Assembly (NCBI GenBank): GCA_951406725.2
Contig: OX597815.1
Coordinates: 77,438,001-77,502,000, forward strand
Length of the DNA: 64,000 nt
Direction: 5' to 3'
Source of the DNA: Octopus vulgaris
Taxonomy: Eukaryota
This document shows, piece by piece, positions 13,256 to 27,715 of the stretch (position 1 is its first letter; each line of letters opens with the position of its first letter). Under the pieces are notes generated by a model, which was given only the letters and a program-made list of their open reading frames with translations, made no database searches and had not been told where the DNA came from. A program made the translations under genes and the position numbers.

Positions 13256-15013
13256 TTTGTTGTTCATACCCAAATAGCTAGAAATAGTAGTTAAATCTCC
13301 CTCAAATCATGCCCTGATTTGAGAAAGATTTGGTTGCCATTTCTAGCTGCTCCTTGAGCAGCTAGAAATAGCAGCTGAACAACTAAGACACAATTTCAAA
13401 TCTATCTTTTAAAAAAATAGGAAATATACACTGGATAATGTTAACCTAGATAAATTGCATCCAGAAGCTAAAATAGGATAGGATGGTTACATCGGGAACA
13501 CTTTTACTCATAAATCTGCAAGGTTAGAGCTAATCTGAAGCTAAAACAACAATAACAACAACAACAACAACAACCAATACATTTACTTATTCTACAACAA
13601 AATGTATACACTCATTTATACATAAAAAATATTCAAACACCTGTTTCATACCGGAATGAAATTCTATTTCCACAAAGCAGTTTTCTTCGATTTTATTTGA
13701 AAAAGAATCTACCAAATTTATTTTATTTCTATAATTCCATATTTGCTAAATTCTCATATTATTTTACATACCAGTTATCAATTCTAAGCCTCATCTTATT
13801 TCCTTCTCACCCTGCGGCTCATTCCATCTTTTATTATCCATGTAACTTTACATTTTTGTTCTCTCCACTCTTTCCCTATTTCACATCCTAAATTCTTTAC
13901 CCTTTTTACTTAGTTTTGTACACAAGTCTGATCCTAAAAATACATTAACTTCTCAGCAAGAAAGATAAAACACTTTAAAAGTATCAAGTTAAACACAGCA
14001 TGTCTTTTAGCACTTTTCCTGTATCTGGTTTCTTGGATTTTTCTTTATATTTCAGACTTTATTTTTTTCATCATAACTTATTTTTATAGCTATTATGGTC
14101 TTTGTCAGTTGTCTTGTCAGTATTGGGATCCACCTCTTTCTCCTTCTCATCATCATCATCATCATCATCATCGGTGTCCTCATCCTCATCATCATTTTCC
14201 CCATGCCTCTCCTACCTCTCTGCTGCACTCCTCTTCTCTTCTTCCTCCCTGCCCCCTCCTTCTAATCATCCACATTATCATCATCATCATCTCCCCTTCT
14301 TCTTTTTCATACTCATTGTCTTCAATATCCTCTCCTAGCCACCACCACCACCACCACTACCACCATGTCATTTTCACTATCCTCATCAAAATCCTCACCA
14401 TTGTCTTTCACAATTGTCAGTATATTACTTCTCCTCCTTCTCCTTGTCATCATCACCATCACTAGCAAAAAAAATAGAAACAGTAGTAGTAGTAGTAGTA
14501 GTAGTAGTGGAGGAGCAGATGAAATAATCAAGCAATATTTAATTATGTTTCTACCACATCTTGAGTTCAAATTCTGCCAAGGCCTATTTAACCTCTTAGA
14601 CTTCCTGAGATCAGGGAAATAAGACTCAGTAAATTAACTCTGCTATGAATTTTAGTCCTTAAATAATAGTTTCTAATTTAATTAATAATGAGTTCAAATT
14701 CTGGCACAAATCCAGCAATTTTGGAGCAGTGGATTAGAGTGACTCAGTGCTCAACTGATACTTATGAGTTCAAATTCTGCCATGGTTGATTTTGCCTTTC
14801 ATCTTTCGGGTTGATAAAATGTCTTTTAGTACAACTTTTCCTGTATCTGGTTTCTTGGATTTTTCTTTATATTTCAGATTTTTTCTCCATCATAAATTAT
14901 TTTTATAGTTATTATGGTCTTTCTCAGTTGTCTTGTTGAACACTGGAGGTGGTGTAATTGACTCTCCAAAATTTCAAGCTTTGTGCCTATTTTAGAAAGA
15001 ATTATTACGACAA

Positions 15014-15225
15014 AGGTGGCAAACTGGCAGAAATGTTAGCACGCTGGACAAGATGATTAGTGACATTTTGTCCATCTTTACATTCTGAGCTCAAATTCCC
15101 CTGAGGTCAACTTAGCCTTTCATCTTTTGGGGATTGATAAAGGAGTACCAGTCAAGTATTGGAGTCAATGTAATCAACTTACTCAACCCTTTGGTCTTGA
15201 GCCAAAATTTGAAACCAATATTATC
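15014..15225 (+). mobile_element. tRNA-derived SINE (family A), last of a cluster of copies from ~14530
   Basis: Same consensus as the other family A copies. Confidence 0.78.
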
Positions 15226-15268
15226 ATTTTGAGAATATTCGTCGTCGTCATCATCATCATCATCATCA

Positions 15269-15312
<44 letters not shown>

Positions 15313-17132
15313 TGAGAAATATTAATATTACTGTCATCTCATTCTATTTTCATACAAACTTATTTTCCTATATCCCCAAGTACTCTATGTACCTCTTATT
15401 TATAATATTTATATAAAGCATATATTGGAATATACTTTGTTGTGTTCAGACTTGCACATTAGCATTTCCATTAGTTTCATCAGTATTGCGATAATGTTTC
15501 CATTTCTGTCTTACTTGGTTGTTATTACGATTAATATTGTTATTATTATATTTTTCTTTGGAAGAAAAATATTCCAGCTAGAACTTCTCTCCCAAAAGCT
15601 AGCTATATCAATTCATTTTCTTTTTAGATTTAGCAAGCTTAAAATTGAATTTTTTGAATAAGGAAACAAACAAATAAACAACAAACAAAATAAATCAACT
15701 GGTGTTCTTATTCAAAATGATGGCTTCAATCATGTCTTGAGATTGCTCTTTTTTTATATTTTGCAATATATTTACTTATTTAGTGATTCAACCTATTTAT
15801 ATATGATGGCTTAGTGTGCTTGCAACTTGAATCAGCTAACGTTACAATTGTTAGAGATGTTGTAATTACATTTCTGTATAACCATTTCAATACCTTGCCT
15901 CAGATAAGCTTTGTTAGATCTCACTTGATAATTATTCTTTTAAATCTCACAAATATGTCTAAAAATAGTGTTTGTTTTATGGAATTGATTGGATACTTGA
16001 TGGATTGACAGCTATTTAATGATGTACAAAATAGTAAAAAGAAACGGCAACGACTGAAATACTAAGTTCACTTTTACAGCTTACTGGAAATACTGCTGAA
16101 GAGATAACTAATTAAGAAATAACAATAATTACTTACCAATACAGGAACTGTGAGAAAAGTTTAAAGACTATATTGTAAAACACCACCATTATCATTGTTA
16201 TCTGTTCTGAGTGGGTTGAATATCAAGAATTTTCTATGGGTGCAAAAACATTCACAAGCTCTGGACATGCTTATGTTTCAGCTGTTATCAGCCAAACATC
16301 ATCACAATTTCATGCTATTATCAATAAGATTGTTCCTCCTGGTACTTACCAAACAACAAGGTCTGATAGACACACAATGTAATAGCATGATTTTCATGCA
16401 AGTTGTGGAAGTGCCTCTCCAATGCCTAAAACTGCAAATATTACATAATTTTTCTTTTAGAATTTTGTGTAAACTGGTGTTGTAAATGGAGGTGGTACAA
16501 AAACATTCGTAACTTATAATTAAAAACATGTTAAAATTTTCTTTGTCTTTTTCCATTGGTATGTGTGTGTGTGTGTAATTGATGAAGGAAATGGTAGATG
16601 GATGTAGTACAAATCTTTATTCAGCATGCTGAGCATTTTGACCCATCCTGCAGCTGTCCCTTAGGGGTAGGATATTGTGCATCTAGTTGTGGTTTATATA
16701 TATATATATACATATATATATATAAACACATGGCAGGTTTCCACATGTACGTGGTGAGATCTTGATCCTTTCCACAGAGATTGATCAGAAGTCTGTCTGT
16801 ATTCTGTCAAGAGAGTACCCTAAATGTACCACCCATCTTGTTCTCAAGCCTTTTGAGCCATTGTCTATAATGAGCTCTTCTGACTCATCTGCCATTTCAG
16901 TTTTTGTGCATTTAAAGGATGATGTCCCCTTTACAGCAATCCTTCTGAGGTTAATGATACTCTCCACTTAGTTTTGCTCACTAGATGAAGTGAGGTTGCC
17001 ATGATGTGGCCATCAGTGTACTAACTTCTGGAAGCCATAAGTGAGAGCTGTATAATAGCCAGAGACCAGTGCTACTCTCTACATCTGAAAATGTATGGTT
17101 GACAGATTTGCACACCACATTGTTATCATAAT

Positions 17133-17470
17133 AAAGGGTAAAGTGTAAAGATCCCTTCACTCATGAATAACCATGAGATGCACCTGGAAAGTTACTCTCT
17201 GAGGCACAAATCTGGGCAAGGTTCTTTATGGAAGACTATCAGTTGACCATGCATACCAGCCTCCCCTCTCTATGCCATCAATGCTTTCCAAGGGAAAGGG
17301 AAAGGCAAAGGCTGATACAGCTCAGCACCAATGATATTGCAGCTCATTTCTACAGCTGAGTGAACTGGAGCAATGTGAAATAAAGTGTCTTGCTCAAGAA
17401 CATAACACACAGCCGGTCAAGGAATTGAACTCACTACCTCATGATTGTGAGCTGCTCTAACCACTGAGTC
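17133..17470 (-). mobile_element. tRNA-derived SINE (family C, long tail)
   Basis: Reverse-complement match to 20640-20945 (TGTGTTCTTGAGCAAGACACTT..CACTCAGCTGTAGAAAT..TGGTGC..GTATCAGCCTTTGCCTTTCCC). Confidence 0.78.
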
Positions 17471-20237
17471 AACCCTCAGATTAACTCTTTTTTATGCAAT
17501 CATAGATTGGAAATATCTGCAGTCCACTCTATTTTATTATGTCTGCATTCTGTAGAATGTTATTTAGGAAGTTTACTTTTGAAAGGTCTGTACTCCACTC
17601 AAACCATCACTTCATAAATCTACTTATACTTCCTGTACTTTCTATTATCAATTCACTTCACTTCTGCTCTTTTCATTTATCTCAAATTTATATTCATCCT
17701 CTTCACAATGTAATCATTCTTTAGCTGAATGCACTAATTGATGGCTTTCATAGACAAGCAGTTTCATTTGCACTCAACTTGCCTCTCAGGTTGATATTTA
17801 CTTAATTCCTCTTTAAGTGCTACCGGTCATTTGTATCCATTCCCATCTTTATTTTTATTTATGATTGAATTTTGCAAATAATAGCATTACTGGTTACAGG
17901 TTTCCAATGAGACAATCACTGTTTTTACAATGTCACTACTTTCACCAAGTCAAAATTGACAAGAGATAGTCTGTATAACACAGAGGGAGCAAATGTCATA
18001 AGGCACTTCAACCAAAAGCAGTGGTTTTATGGTATTGTGGCTGTGTGGTTAAGAAGCTTGCTTTACAACCTATGGTTTTGGGTTCAGTTCCACTGTGGCA
18101 CCTTGAGTGTTTTATACTATTGCTTTGGTCTTGGGAGTGGATTTAGTAAATGGAAATTGAAAGAAGCCTGCCTCACACACACAATGTATATGTGTGTGAG
18201 TGTGTGTATATTTGTGTCTCCTTGTGTTGACCATTGTGTGATTACTGTAAATGAATTTCATTCATTTTCAACATTTTGTGTAAACATGTTTGACCATGGG
18301 TAACTACTACCTTGCTATGAAAGAGGTAAAAATTGGTGACAGGAAGAACATTAAGTCATAGAGACTCTGCATGAATAAACCCCATCCACCTCATGCAAGC
18401 ATGGAAAAAAGGATGTTAAAATGATGATGATGATGATGATGATGATGACCTTAGTCTTTACAATATTGTTTGTGAACATATAAAATGTTTTGTCACTGTT
18501 CCAACTTATCAAATTTTATTGTTTATTGGAAATAATTGGGTTTGGGTTGCACCGTACTCTAACATTTTTACCAGTTTTACTTTCCCCACATTTGACTCAA
18601 ATTTTTTTTACAGTTTTGTGATTCATTTTTGAGATGATAAATGTGTTTTGTCTACACATGGAATCTTCTGTAAAATGATTCTCAAAAGGCTTGAATAATG
18701 GTTTAGGTCATTAAGCTAAACAACTTGGCATTACTGTCACTCCTCACCTTTTTGTATTTTTGATCAACTGATAAGTTTCCCATTCTTCTTAACCATGTGA
18801 TTTTGGGTACAGTATCACTCTGCAGCACCTTGGGCAAGTGTCTTCCACTATAGCCCTAGGCAAACCAATATCTTGTGAGTGAATTTGATAGATGGAAACT
18901 GAATGAAAGCCCATTGTATATGTGCATGTGTTTTTCTCCCCACTGTTTGACAACCAGTGTTGGTTTGTTTATATTCTTGTTACTTAGTATTCAGCAAAAG
19001 AGACTGATAGAATATGTACCAGACATTTGAAAAAGGTACCAGAGTTGATTTGTTCTATTAAGTACTTCAAGGTGGTACCCCTGTATGGTAACTGTCCATT
19101 AACTGAAACAAGTAAGAGGATATGTCTTTCTGCTTTGAGAAGCACCTGCTGTGGTATAAGTTATTTGGAGGATTTTATGATACTCAGATGGCAATATCTA
19201 TTTTATTCTTGCTGATTTGATCTGGAATAGAGTAAGCAATAGTTTATTGCTTGGTTGTTTTAAATAATCTATTGCCTGACATATGAAGCTAAGTGTTTTT
19301 TATAAAGACACAAAGCAGTTCCCAAAACCAGATATAGAATTATGATCTTTGAGTCAGAATTTTACCTTCTTATCCATTTCACAATAGTGTTTCATTAGAA
19401 ACTATAGCAATCTTTGGATTTATTTACAATAACTCACTGTCATGTGGAATCAATTTTGAAGAAATAAAGAGAAAATATTTCTTACTAATTGTCTTACTTG
19501 ATAGGACATGAAATTACTTGTTGAAGATGACAGAGAATAAAAATTTGGCCTATCACAATATATTACAAGTATTTACTTTATTGATGTTTGGAATGAGTAG
19601 CAGAGTTAGTCATAGCAAGATGAGTAATTTGGTGTAGAACAAGATAGTATAAAGTAGGAAATCCTTTATTTTAGAATCTAATACTTAACCTACTTACTGG
19701 GAGAGTTATTTCTAGTCAGAGAAAATCTGTTACACTATTACAGAGACATCAATTTGATTGATATTTGACACTGAAGAGCCTTGATTGGCTCTGTTTGATT
19801 AGACTATAGTTAGAAGCAACTGATCAAATGTTTAAAGAAAGCTCAATAGACTTAACCCTTCAGACATAACTGTTTTGCTTGTCATATTTCTGTTGAAATA
19901 TAGTAATGCTACCCTTGTTTCAATCAATTTTGAAAATAATGAATAATTCAGTAACAACTTTGTTGTTACTAACTTTGTTCCATGCATGTGCATTTCAGAT
20001 AAGGGAACCAAGTTAACTCCTTTTTGATACTGAGGTACTTTCTGGAATTCTCTATATTTCATATGACATAATACAAATTAATTCAGTATCTGCATGTTAG
20101 AATGTAAGAATTTAATCAGTGCAATGAGGGTAAATATGGCATTTGGAAAATAAATTAGTAGAATGATACTCCAAAATGACCATAGCCATGTAGCTAAAAT
20201 GGATAAAAGACATGAAATATCGATGAAAGGTCTTTAT

Positions 20238-20458
20238 TTAAGCCTTTAGCATTCAGATTACTCTGTTAACTGTATTGTTTATTTAGTCACATTGTTTTGA
20301 ATTAATCATGAATTATTCTGTAACTTTGCAGTTTTGATGATGTGATTGTTTATTTTTAGAATGAGATTATAGGGTAGGTGTGAAAGCTGGTTGGTTTGAA
20401 CATAAATCAAGTAGAAAATATGGGCCAGATATAGTTGGTTTAAATGCTGAAGGGTTAA
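20238..20458. mobile_element. piggyBac-type MITE (family F)
   Basis: TTAA-GCCTTTAGCATT ... AATGCTGAAGGG-TTAA. Confidence 0.78.
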
Positions 20459-20639
20459 ATCACTTTAAAACAAGAAGTTTATATTACAGACCAGTGGTAG
20501 TCTCAGACAGGTTGGTATCAAAAGTGTTAAGACATCCAGAGTTACAGGTCAATTCTATGATTATTTTTATAAATGTTTTCTTCAGAATATTTGTAAGATC
20601 AACACTATAAGCATAATTATTGAGTCTTTATTATGGTAC

Positions 20640-20945
20640 GTGGCTCATTGAGGTAGCAAGTTTGATTGTGGCTGGGTTGTGTGCTGTGTTCTTGAGCAAG
20701 ACACTTAATTTCATGTTGTTCCCATTCACTCAGCTGTAGAAATAAGTTGCGACATCACTGGTGCCAACCTGTATCAGCCTTTGCCTTTCCCTTGGACAAC
20801 ATTGTTAGTATGGAGAGGGGAAACTGGTATGCATGGGCAACTACTGGTCTTCCATAAATATCCTTGCTTGGACTTGTGCCTTGGAGGGGAACTTTTTAGG
20901 TGCAATCCCATGGGCATTCATGACCAAAGGGAGTCTTTACCCTTT
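20640..20945 (+). mobile_element. tRNA-derived SINE (family C, long tail)
   Basis: Inverted relative of 17133-17470. Shorter relatives at ~7000-7260, 40583-40825 and 54575-54815. Confidence 0.75.
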
Positions 20946-21266
20946 ATCCGTTATTATGTGGCATGTGAACGTAAGAGTAAGAACTAAAATGGAGCCGTTT
21001 CAAGTCAGATGTTGCACTTAGATGATTATCCCAAATCTCTTTCCCTGGTTTGTCAGTCTACTTTCTACTTTATATTGCCAATAGTTTTGTTAGTTTAATT
21101 TATATTTCTGTTGTTGTAAAATAACTAAGCTCATTAGGCTCATTAATGCACAATTGCTTCTCTCTTCAAAAATTTGCAGATGTTTTTAAATTTTACATGT
21201 TGAGTTTGATTTTGTAACTATAAGTTAAAACAGTTCCATCAATTGGATCAAAATAAGTATTTTTTT

Positions 21267-21352
<86 letters not shown>

Positions 21353-21374
21353 CATTATTATTATTATCATTATT

Positions 21375-21911
21375 GAGTGAGAGAGCAGTGCATGCCATCA
21401 AAGTGACACTGAGGTAAAATATACAAAGCCCAGTATACCCATCATGACTACCCGTCTGATAACGGTACACCAGGCACATGCATCACAACCATATGTGCGC
21501 GACATGGTGATCTCATATCAAGATAATCAGCACATGACCTTGCAAGTGGGGCCCAGTTACAATTTTCTTCCGGTTTAGTAACCCATCCTGCTCAAAAGGT
21601 CCCTGAATAAGGATTAAGGATGTTGAATGAACCACCCATGTTTCCAAAGATGAATTATCCAAACCTCTAAGAATTCCTTTCAATACATGGCTATGATGCT
21701 CCCCCACTACTTCTGCTTGTGATCAGAGATGCACATATTGTCAGCCATTAAGGGACATGCTCAACTGGTTATGGTCAAACAACTGACAAGCAAATCTGTG
21801 GTATTGAGCAGAATATTTGCTATTTCATACCAAGACAAAACTGTACATAACACTTCCAGTCAGTTAAGATCAGAAGCCATGAGAGCCACTGTCTGGTACT
21901 GCGTCAGGGCA
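21375..21911. mobile_element. Non-coding interspersed element embedded in (TTA/TAA)n microsatellite
   Basis: A ~540-bp block with higher GC and CpG, sharply bounded on both sides by long (TTA)n runs; no credible ORF. Confidence 0.55.
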
Positions 21912-21972
<61 letters not shown>

Positions 21973-23329
21973 TATTACTGTTATTATTTTTTGTGGCTCT
22001 TACATCTCCAGTTCTGCCATTTGATTATGAGAGATTATGGCTTTCCTTTTATCATTTTTACTCCTGCCACATCAGTAGTTTACTGAAAAGAGAGATAATT
22101 ATTTCTAACATTGGCACAAAGCCATACTAGAGAAATAATTGGCATTAATTTTCAGTTAAATCTCTCTTTAATCTTTTGGTAGTAAGTTCTTAATGAGCCA
22201 AGACTGCAAACCAATTTCAATTTTCATTTAAAATTGCCATATTTCTCTTGCATTATTAATGTCTAAGGTGGTGTGCTGGCAGAATTGTTAGCAAGCTGGA
22301 AATGCTTAACAACGTTTCTTCCTGCTTTACATTCTGAGTTCAAATGCTGTCAAGACCAACTTTGCCTTTCATCCATTTCATCCATTCAGGTCAATGAAAT
22401 AAGTACCAGTTTAGTACTGGGGGTCAATGTAATCCCCCCAGATTTTAGGCCTTATGTCTATAGCAGAAAAGATTATCAATGTCTTTGTGAAAGTGTTTTA
22501 CAAACAAACCAATATTAGATTTCAATTTAGCTTTAGGTCCTGCAGCACAGCTCAGCATATTGGATAGAAAGCTTCTTCCACTGGGTCCAGTCACCAGTGA
22601 CATGTGAACATCCATTCCACATGATGTTGACTGTCTGCAGATTATATTGAAATGTCTACTGCTAAGTGACCTTCAGCTTGCTCTTTTTATGCCTACAAAT
22701 AAGGTGGTGACCGAGTCATGGCTGTTTTTGCATACCATTAGTTGTCTAGACACATATACATTGATCTATAACTTCAAATCCTTTACTCTGACAGTTTATT
22801 ATTCCTGGGTAGATAATAGCTTTAATAATTCAATATCTTTAATTCTTCAGTAAAAACAGATGTTTGAATTTTGGAATAATTCTAACCAAAAATTTTGCAG
22901 TGATTTTCTGTAATTTTAAACATTCTTTATAATTAATCAAATCTTAGAATAATTTCTGCTTTCATTTTCTAGTAACCAAAACTGTATACAGAAATATGTA
23001 ATGTGTAAATGTACTACATATATTATATACATAATATATAATTATTATATATAAATGTATACTACATTAATGTAAAATATCATTGCTCTTATAATGCTAT
23101 TTCAGTAAATGCAAAAGAAAAAAGATCATTTATGAAAACTCTTTATCTTTCTTGTTACTTGAAGAGCAACTAGTCAGAGTTTATAAGTTACTAAATGGAT
23201 ATAATTAGCCAAAAACGTATCTGGAGTTGTCAGCACAGCTCTAAACATGAGACTCACACTCTACTGCATTCCATCCATCCATTGCTCAGTAATTCCTGTG
23301 AGGGTTATGGAGGTAGTGTCCTCAGCTAG

Positions 23330-23525
23330 TCCTTCCAAAGGGTCCTATCAGAAGCAGCCATCAGCAAAATCTCTGGTTAGATCCTTTTAAGAGACTTTAG
23401 CAAGGCTATAAATAGTGTCTAGCCCTCTTGTTTGAGGCCTACCTCTAGGTTTTCTTCTGGTTGGCTTTGCTCATAAAATCCATCCTACAATTCTTTCCTC
23501 AGATATTCTGACTACATGGAAAGCA
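23330..23525 (-). mobile_element. RTE-like LINE 3' remnant
   Basis: Minus-strand translation HVVRISEERIVGWIL*AKPTRRKPRGRPQTR resembles the RTE C-terminal GHV.RM...R.P....R.RGRP motif. Confidence 0.55.
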
Positions 23526-24984
23526 GACACTAAATGATGATGATGAAGTCCAAAATACCAGAAATGTTATGTCTCAATGCAAAGAAGTAGGAGCTTAACT
23601 GGAATAACTCCCTGATTTTCAAGCTTCACACCCTATCGAATAACATTAAATCAGTGACCTTTCCATATTTAATCAATTTTAATTAATTAAAATTTTGAAA
23701 TTGTTTCTCCAAAAATTTTTCTTTTTTAACCAGAGTTAATTACTTAGATAATGAATGTTTGTATCACTAAGATTAACTTTAATTAATCAAAATTTCTTCA
23801 CTTACTGTATCGACTATGCTAGCTCTGCCCCACTCCCACACTTAACTGTTGAAATACTATATTGATTCATGTATCATGAATTTATTGTTATTTGTTTTAG
23901 ATACAAACCAATTTGTTTCTAGCACTTCCAAATTGTATTTCTATTTTTAATTTGTAATAAATTTAAACAAATCAATGATATTAAATTATATTATTAAAAA
24001 CAATTCATAATTAAAAATAAATGCCTTTAAAACATTTCCCTAAATACCTAATCTAATAATAGAATTGATCTCCCACAATATTAATTACTGTTAATATGTT
24101 ACACAGCTTGCTATTTTACATATAATTTTCAATATTAGTATTGATAAAAAAATTATGACAATATTTTTGTTATAAGCAGAGATAAGTGTAATTAGGTGTT
24201 TGGATTCATCTCTATTCAGCCATCTGTCCCCATAAAATTCTCTCTACTTCTTTAGTATTGCTGCTTCTGGAGCATCATTGCATCTCACACAATGTCTTCA
24301 GATTCCTGAATACCCTGGTCATAGAATTGTATCATTTGTACAAGGAAACCAGTTCAGTATTTCAACCATCATTCTCAAATAGTATCTTCCTGAATAAACC
24401 CTTGTTTTCTTTTATTTTCCCTTATTATCTCAATATATTTATCTCCCTGTCTATCTTCTCATTCTCTCCCTATTTATTTCAGTATAAAGAAACAAAGTAA
24501 TGTACTTCATACTTAAAAAGGAAACCTCTCAGACCAGGCTAAAAATCAGCCTGTATCTCTCACATCCAACATATCTGAGGGTAATGAAAATAATTGTGAC
24601 ACCTAAAATCTTTTTCTCTTTTTAGTTATTTCCAAGTCATGTGTGGGAGAATTAGTTAAAAATATTAGCAGATTACAGCATATTTTATAAGATGCAATTT
24701 TGTGTTTCACCCTTTCATATTTAGATTCTGTGGGGAGTCATTTTATCTACTAATGTTGATAAATTATGAACCAGTTCATGGCTGAATCAATGATTCCACT
24801 TCATTACATTGCCTGGTTAAAAGAAATTATTATTACTTAGTTATTACAGAATTGCAATTTAGAATTGTAATTCATCAATGTTTTTTATTATTAAAACAAT
24901 TTCCATTATAACATCAGTGTTGTTAAACTGTTAGATACCGTCATCAAAGGTTAAAAATCATTATTAATATTAATATTAGAAACA

Positions 24985-25640
24985 AGGCAACATGCTGGTA
25001 AAATCACTAGTATACTGGACAAAATGTTTAACCGTATTTTGTCTGTCTCTACGTTTTTGAGTTCAAATTCTGCTGGGGGTTGACTTTGCTTTTCATCCCT
25101 TCAGGGTTGATAAAATAAATACCAGTTGAGCACGGAAGTCGATATAATCAACTTACCCCTCCCCTGAAATTGTTGGCCTTGTGCCAAAATGTGAAACTGA
25201 AATTAATATTAGAATTAATTGTTTTTGATTATAGAATCAATTGACTGAAGAACTAGCAGATGTTGGTGCATAAGACAAAATGCCTATAAGTACTTAATTT
25301 AATCTTTTTATGGTCTGAGATTAAATTTTTGTTTGTAAAATAAGTACTAGACTTGTAGTGGGATCCATTCAATCAGCTATATTCCTTTACTACAAATTGA
25401 TTTGTGTCAATGAAAGAAATCAGCAATGTTTTAATCAAGGGTTGTTGAGTAGCAAAAATGTCAGCGTTGCACTACTTGAGTTGTAGCATTTAATTATATC
25501 TCTATATTATGTGTCTAAATCCAGCCAAAGTTAACTTTGTCATCCTTCCAACATAAATAAGATAGTAGTAGTCAAAATTGATTAAATTCTCTACACAACT
25601 TCCCCTAAATGTCTGATCTAATGCCAAAGTCAGAAATAAT
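24985..25640 (+). mobile_element. Tandem cluster of family A SINEs of differing decay
   Basis: A well-preserved copy at 24985-25205 followed by at least two degenerate copies. Confidence 0.65.
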
Positions 25641-27118
25641 TACTGCTAGAATAATACAAAGCTCAGATGAGGACCACCGCATCAATCATAACTAGATAGA
25701 ATTATCTTTTATCTTTTGGTCAAGTAGAAAGACAATGCCTGTGACCCTTCGCAAGGCGTTCAAGACTGGCAGGTGGGTAGGAGGAAGGTAATCTTCAAGC
25801 TGGAAAATGGGCCTGAATTCTTGTGAGAGATTAAACTCAGCTAAAGACATCTAAGATATCAGGTAGTGTTATTAAACCAAGTGATAGGTTAAGTCTACTG
25901 CCCAAGTAAGCTATGGAAGAATTTGAACTCAGAACCCAAAGAGCTGGAACAAATACCACAAAGCAATTGGTCTGGCATTCTTCCAGTTCCATCAATCCAC
26001 CATCTTGGATTGGTATTTTTTTTATCAACCCTAAAAGAAAAGTTGACTTTAGTGGGATTTGAACTCAGAGGGTGGAGAGTTGGAACATGAGGCATTCTGT
26101 CCAATATTCTAACTATGCAGCCAATTTATCATCTGTGATTGTCTCATCTTTATCCAGGGGTTGTGTTTCATGGTCTACATTATCCAATGTGTTCCTTTTC
26201 TTTAATGCAGCAGAGTATAAGTTGAGGGAGTCTTGGTTGTTATTTCTGGCAGGTCAGACAACCCCACAGAGTTCCCCTGTTGGTTTGTATCCTTTGTCTG
26301 TATCTTACTGGGGTTGCTGAGAGCTTTCTGTTGTCTCTGTTGGAGCAGACATATGGCACAGAAACCGGCTGACTTTAGAGCATTTTAAATCAGTGTTTGC
26401 TGCCAAATGTCCTTCCTGACAGCAACTCTTTTGCCTCTTACTAGGATACAGTATACCTATTATAAACTTTGGATACAAGTGATTGCATACATATGTACAT
26501 ACAACATGCTCACACACAAACATACATGATAATGATGATGATGACAATTGTCCACTAGCAGCTGAGGAAAACCATCACTGACCATTGCTCATGCAAAATT
26601 CCATCAATGCCCATGCATCAAGTTATTGCACCTGTGGTCAACTTCACCTGGGTTTGTGCCTGTGGACTCTGTGTTCACAGTGGCACCCTCCTGCTCAACC
26701 AGGAATTGGAAAGTTGCCTCGCCAGTGATTGCACAGCCTAAAATCTTTGGTCCAATAAGGCTTGCATAACATCTTTCAGACCTTCTCCATCCAACCGACA
26801 TTATCCAGTGATAATATGAGCTGCAGGCTCAAGAATGTGAGTACACCATGATCTCAATTTCAAGCAAATGATCCCCAAAATGTTCTCTCTCTCTCCCTCC
26901 CACTCTCTCTCTGTATATATCATGTTGACCGTTAATCCCTGTCCATTTTTTCTCTTTCTATTTTTTCATTCCCCCTCCATTTTTCCTCTCAATCCTTTCT
27001 GTAGAAGAGCATAGGCCTAAAACGTCAAAGACTTTTCCATTCCTCCTGATTGTCAAACTAGTGCACCTACTTACTGTTCCCTCACTTGTCTTTGTCTTTT
27101 GTTTTCTGTAAATTCGAA

Positions 27119-27157
<39 letters not shown>

Positions 27158-27265
27158 CATACATATACATATATATACATATATATACATATATATACAC
27201 ACATGCATACATACATATGTATGCATACATACACACACACGCATATATATATATATACATATACC

Positions 27266-27323
<58 letters not shown>

Positions 27324-27715
27324 CATTTTGTTTATTATATGTAGGGAAGTAAATATGTGAGCTAATGATCTCCCCCACCTCCTCTCCCAAACACTTCTAT
27401 CAACAAACATTTTCATCAAAAGACACATATATCTTACACCTCATTAACACTACCACTCCAGACATACACCTAAAACACAAGAAATTACTAAAAGAAATAA
27501 TTTAGAAAAATATCTGGCCATTATATTTCTTAGCAAAGGGCAAGTATTCAAATGGCTTCATAAAACACTCCTTTAACAACCCACAACCTCCCAACTCCAC
27601 CCCCAATCAAGTATCTTGTTTTGACCATTGACCATTTTCTTTCGCCTCTTATTCATCAGCACTCTTTCACTCCCACACTGATTAACAAACTCCAACCCCA
27701 CCCCAAACACATCTA

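Noticed and set aside
14102-14622. His/Ser-rich ORFs
   Set aside because: (CAT)n/(CCT)n triplet repeats.
16730-17110. Possible LINE or host coding remnant
   Set aside because: No diagnostic motif could be read with confidence.
25735-25790. Possible first coding exon ATG CCT GTG ACC... with donors AG|GTGGGT or AG|GTAATC
   Set aside because: Both donors are phase 2, which does not fit the main phase-1 acceptor at 37700 (only the weaker AG at 37710). No homology support.
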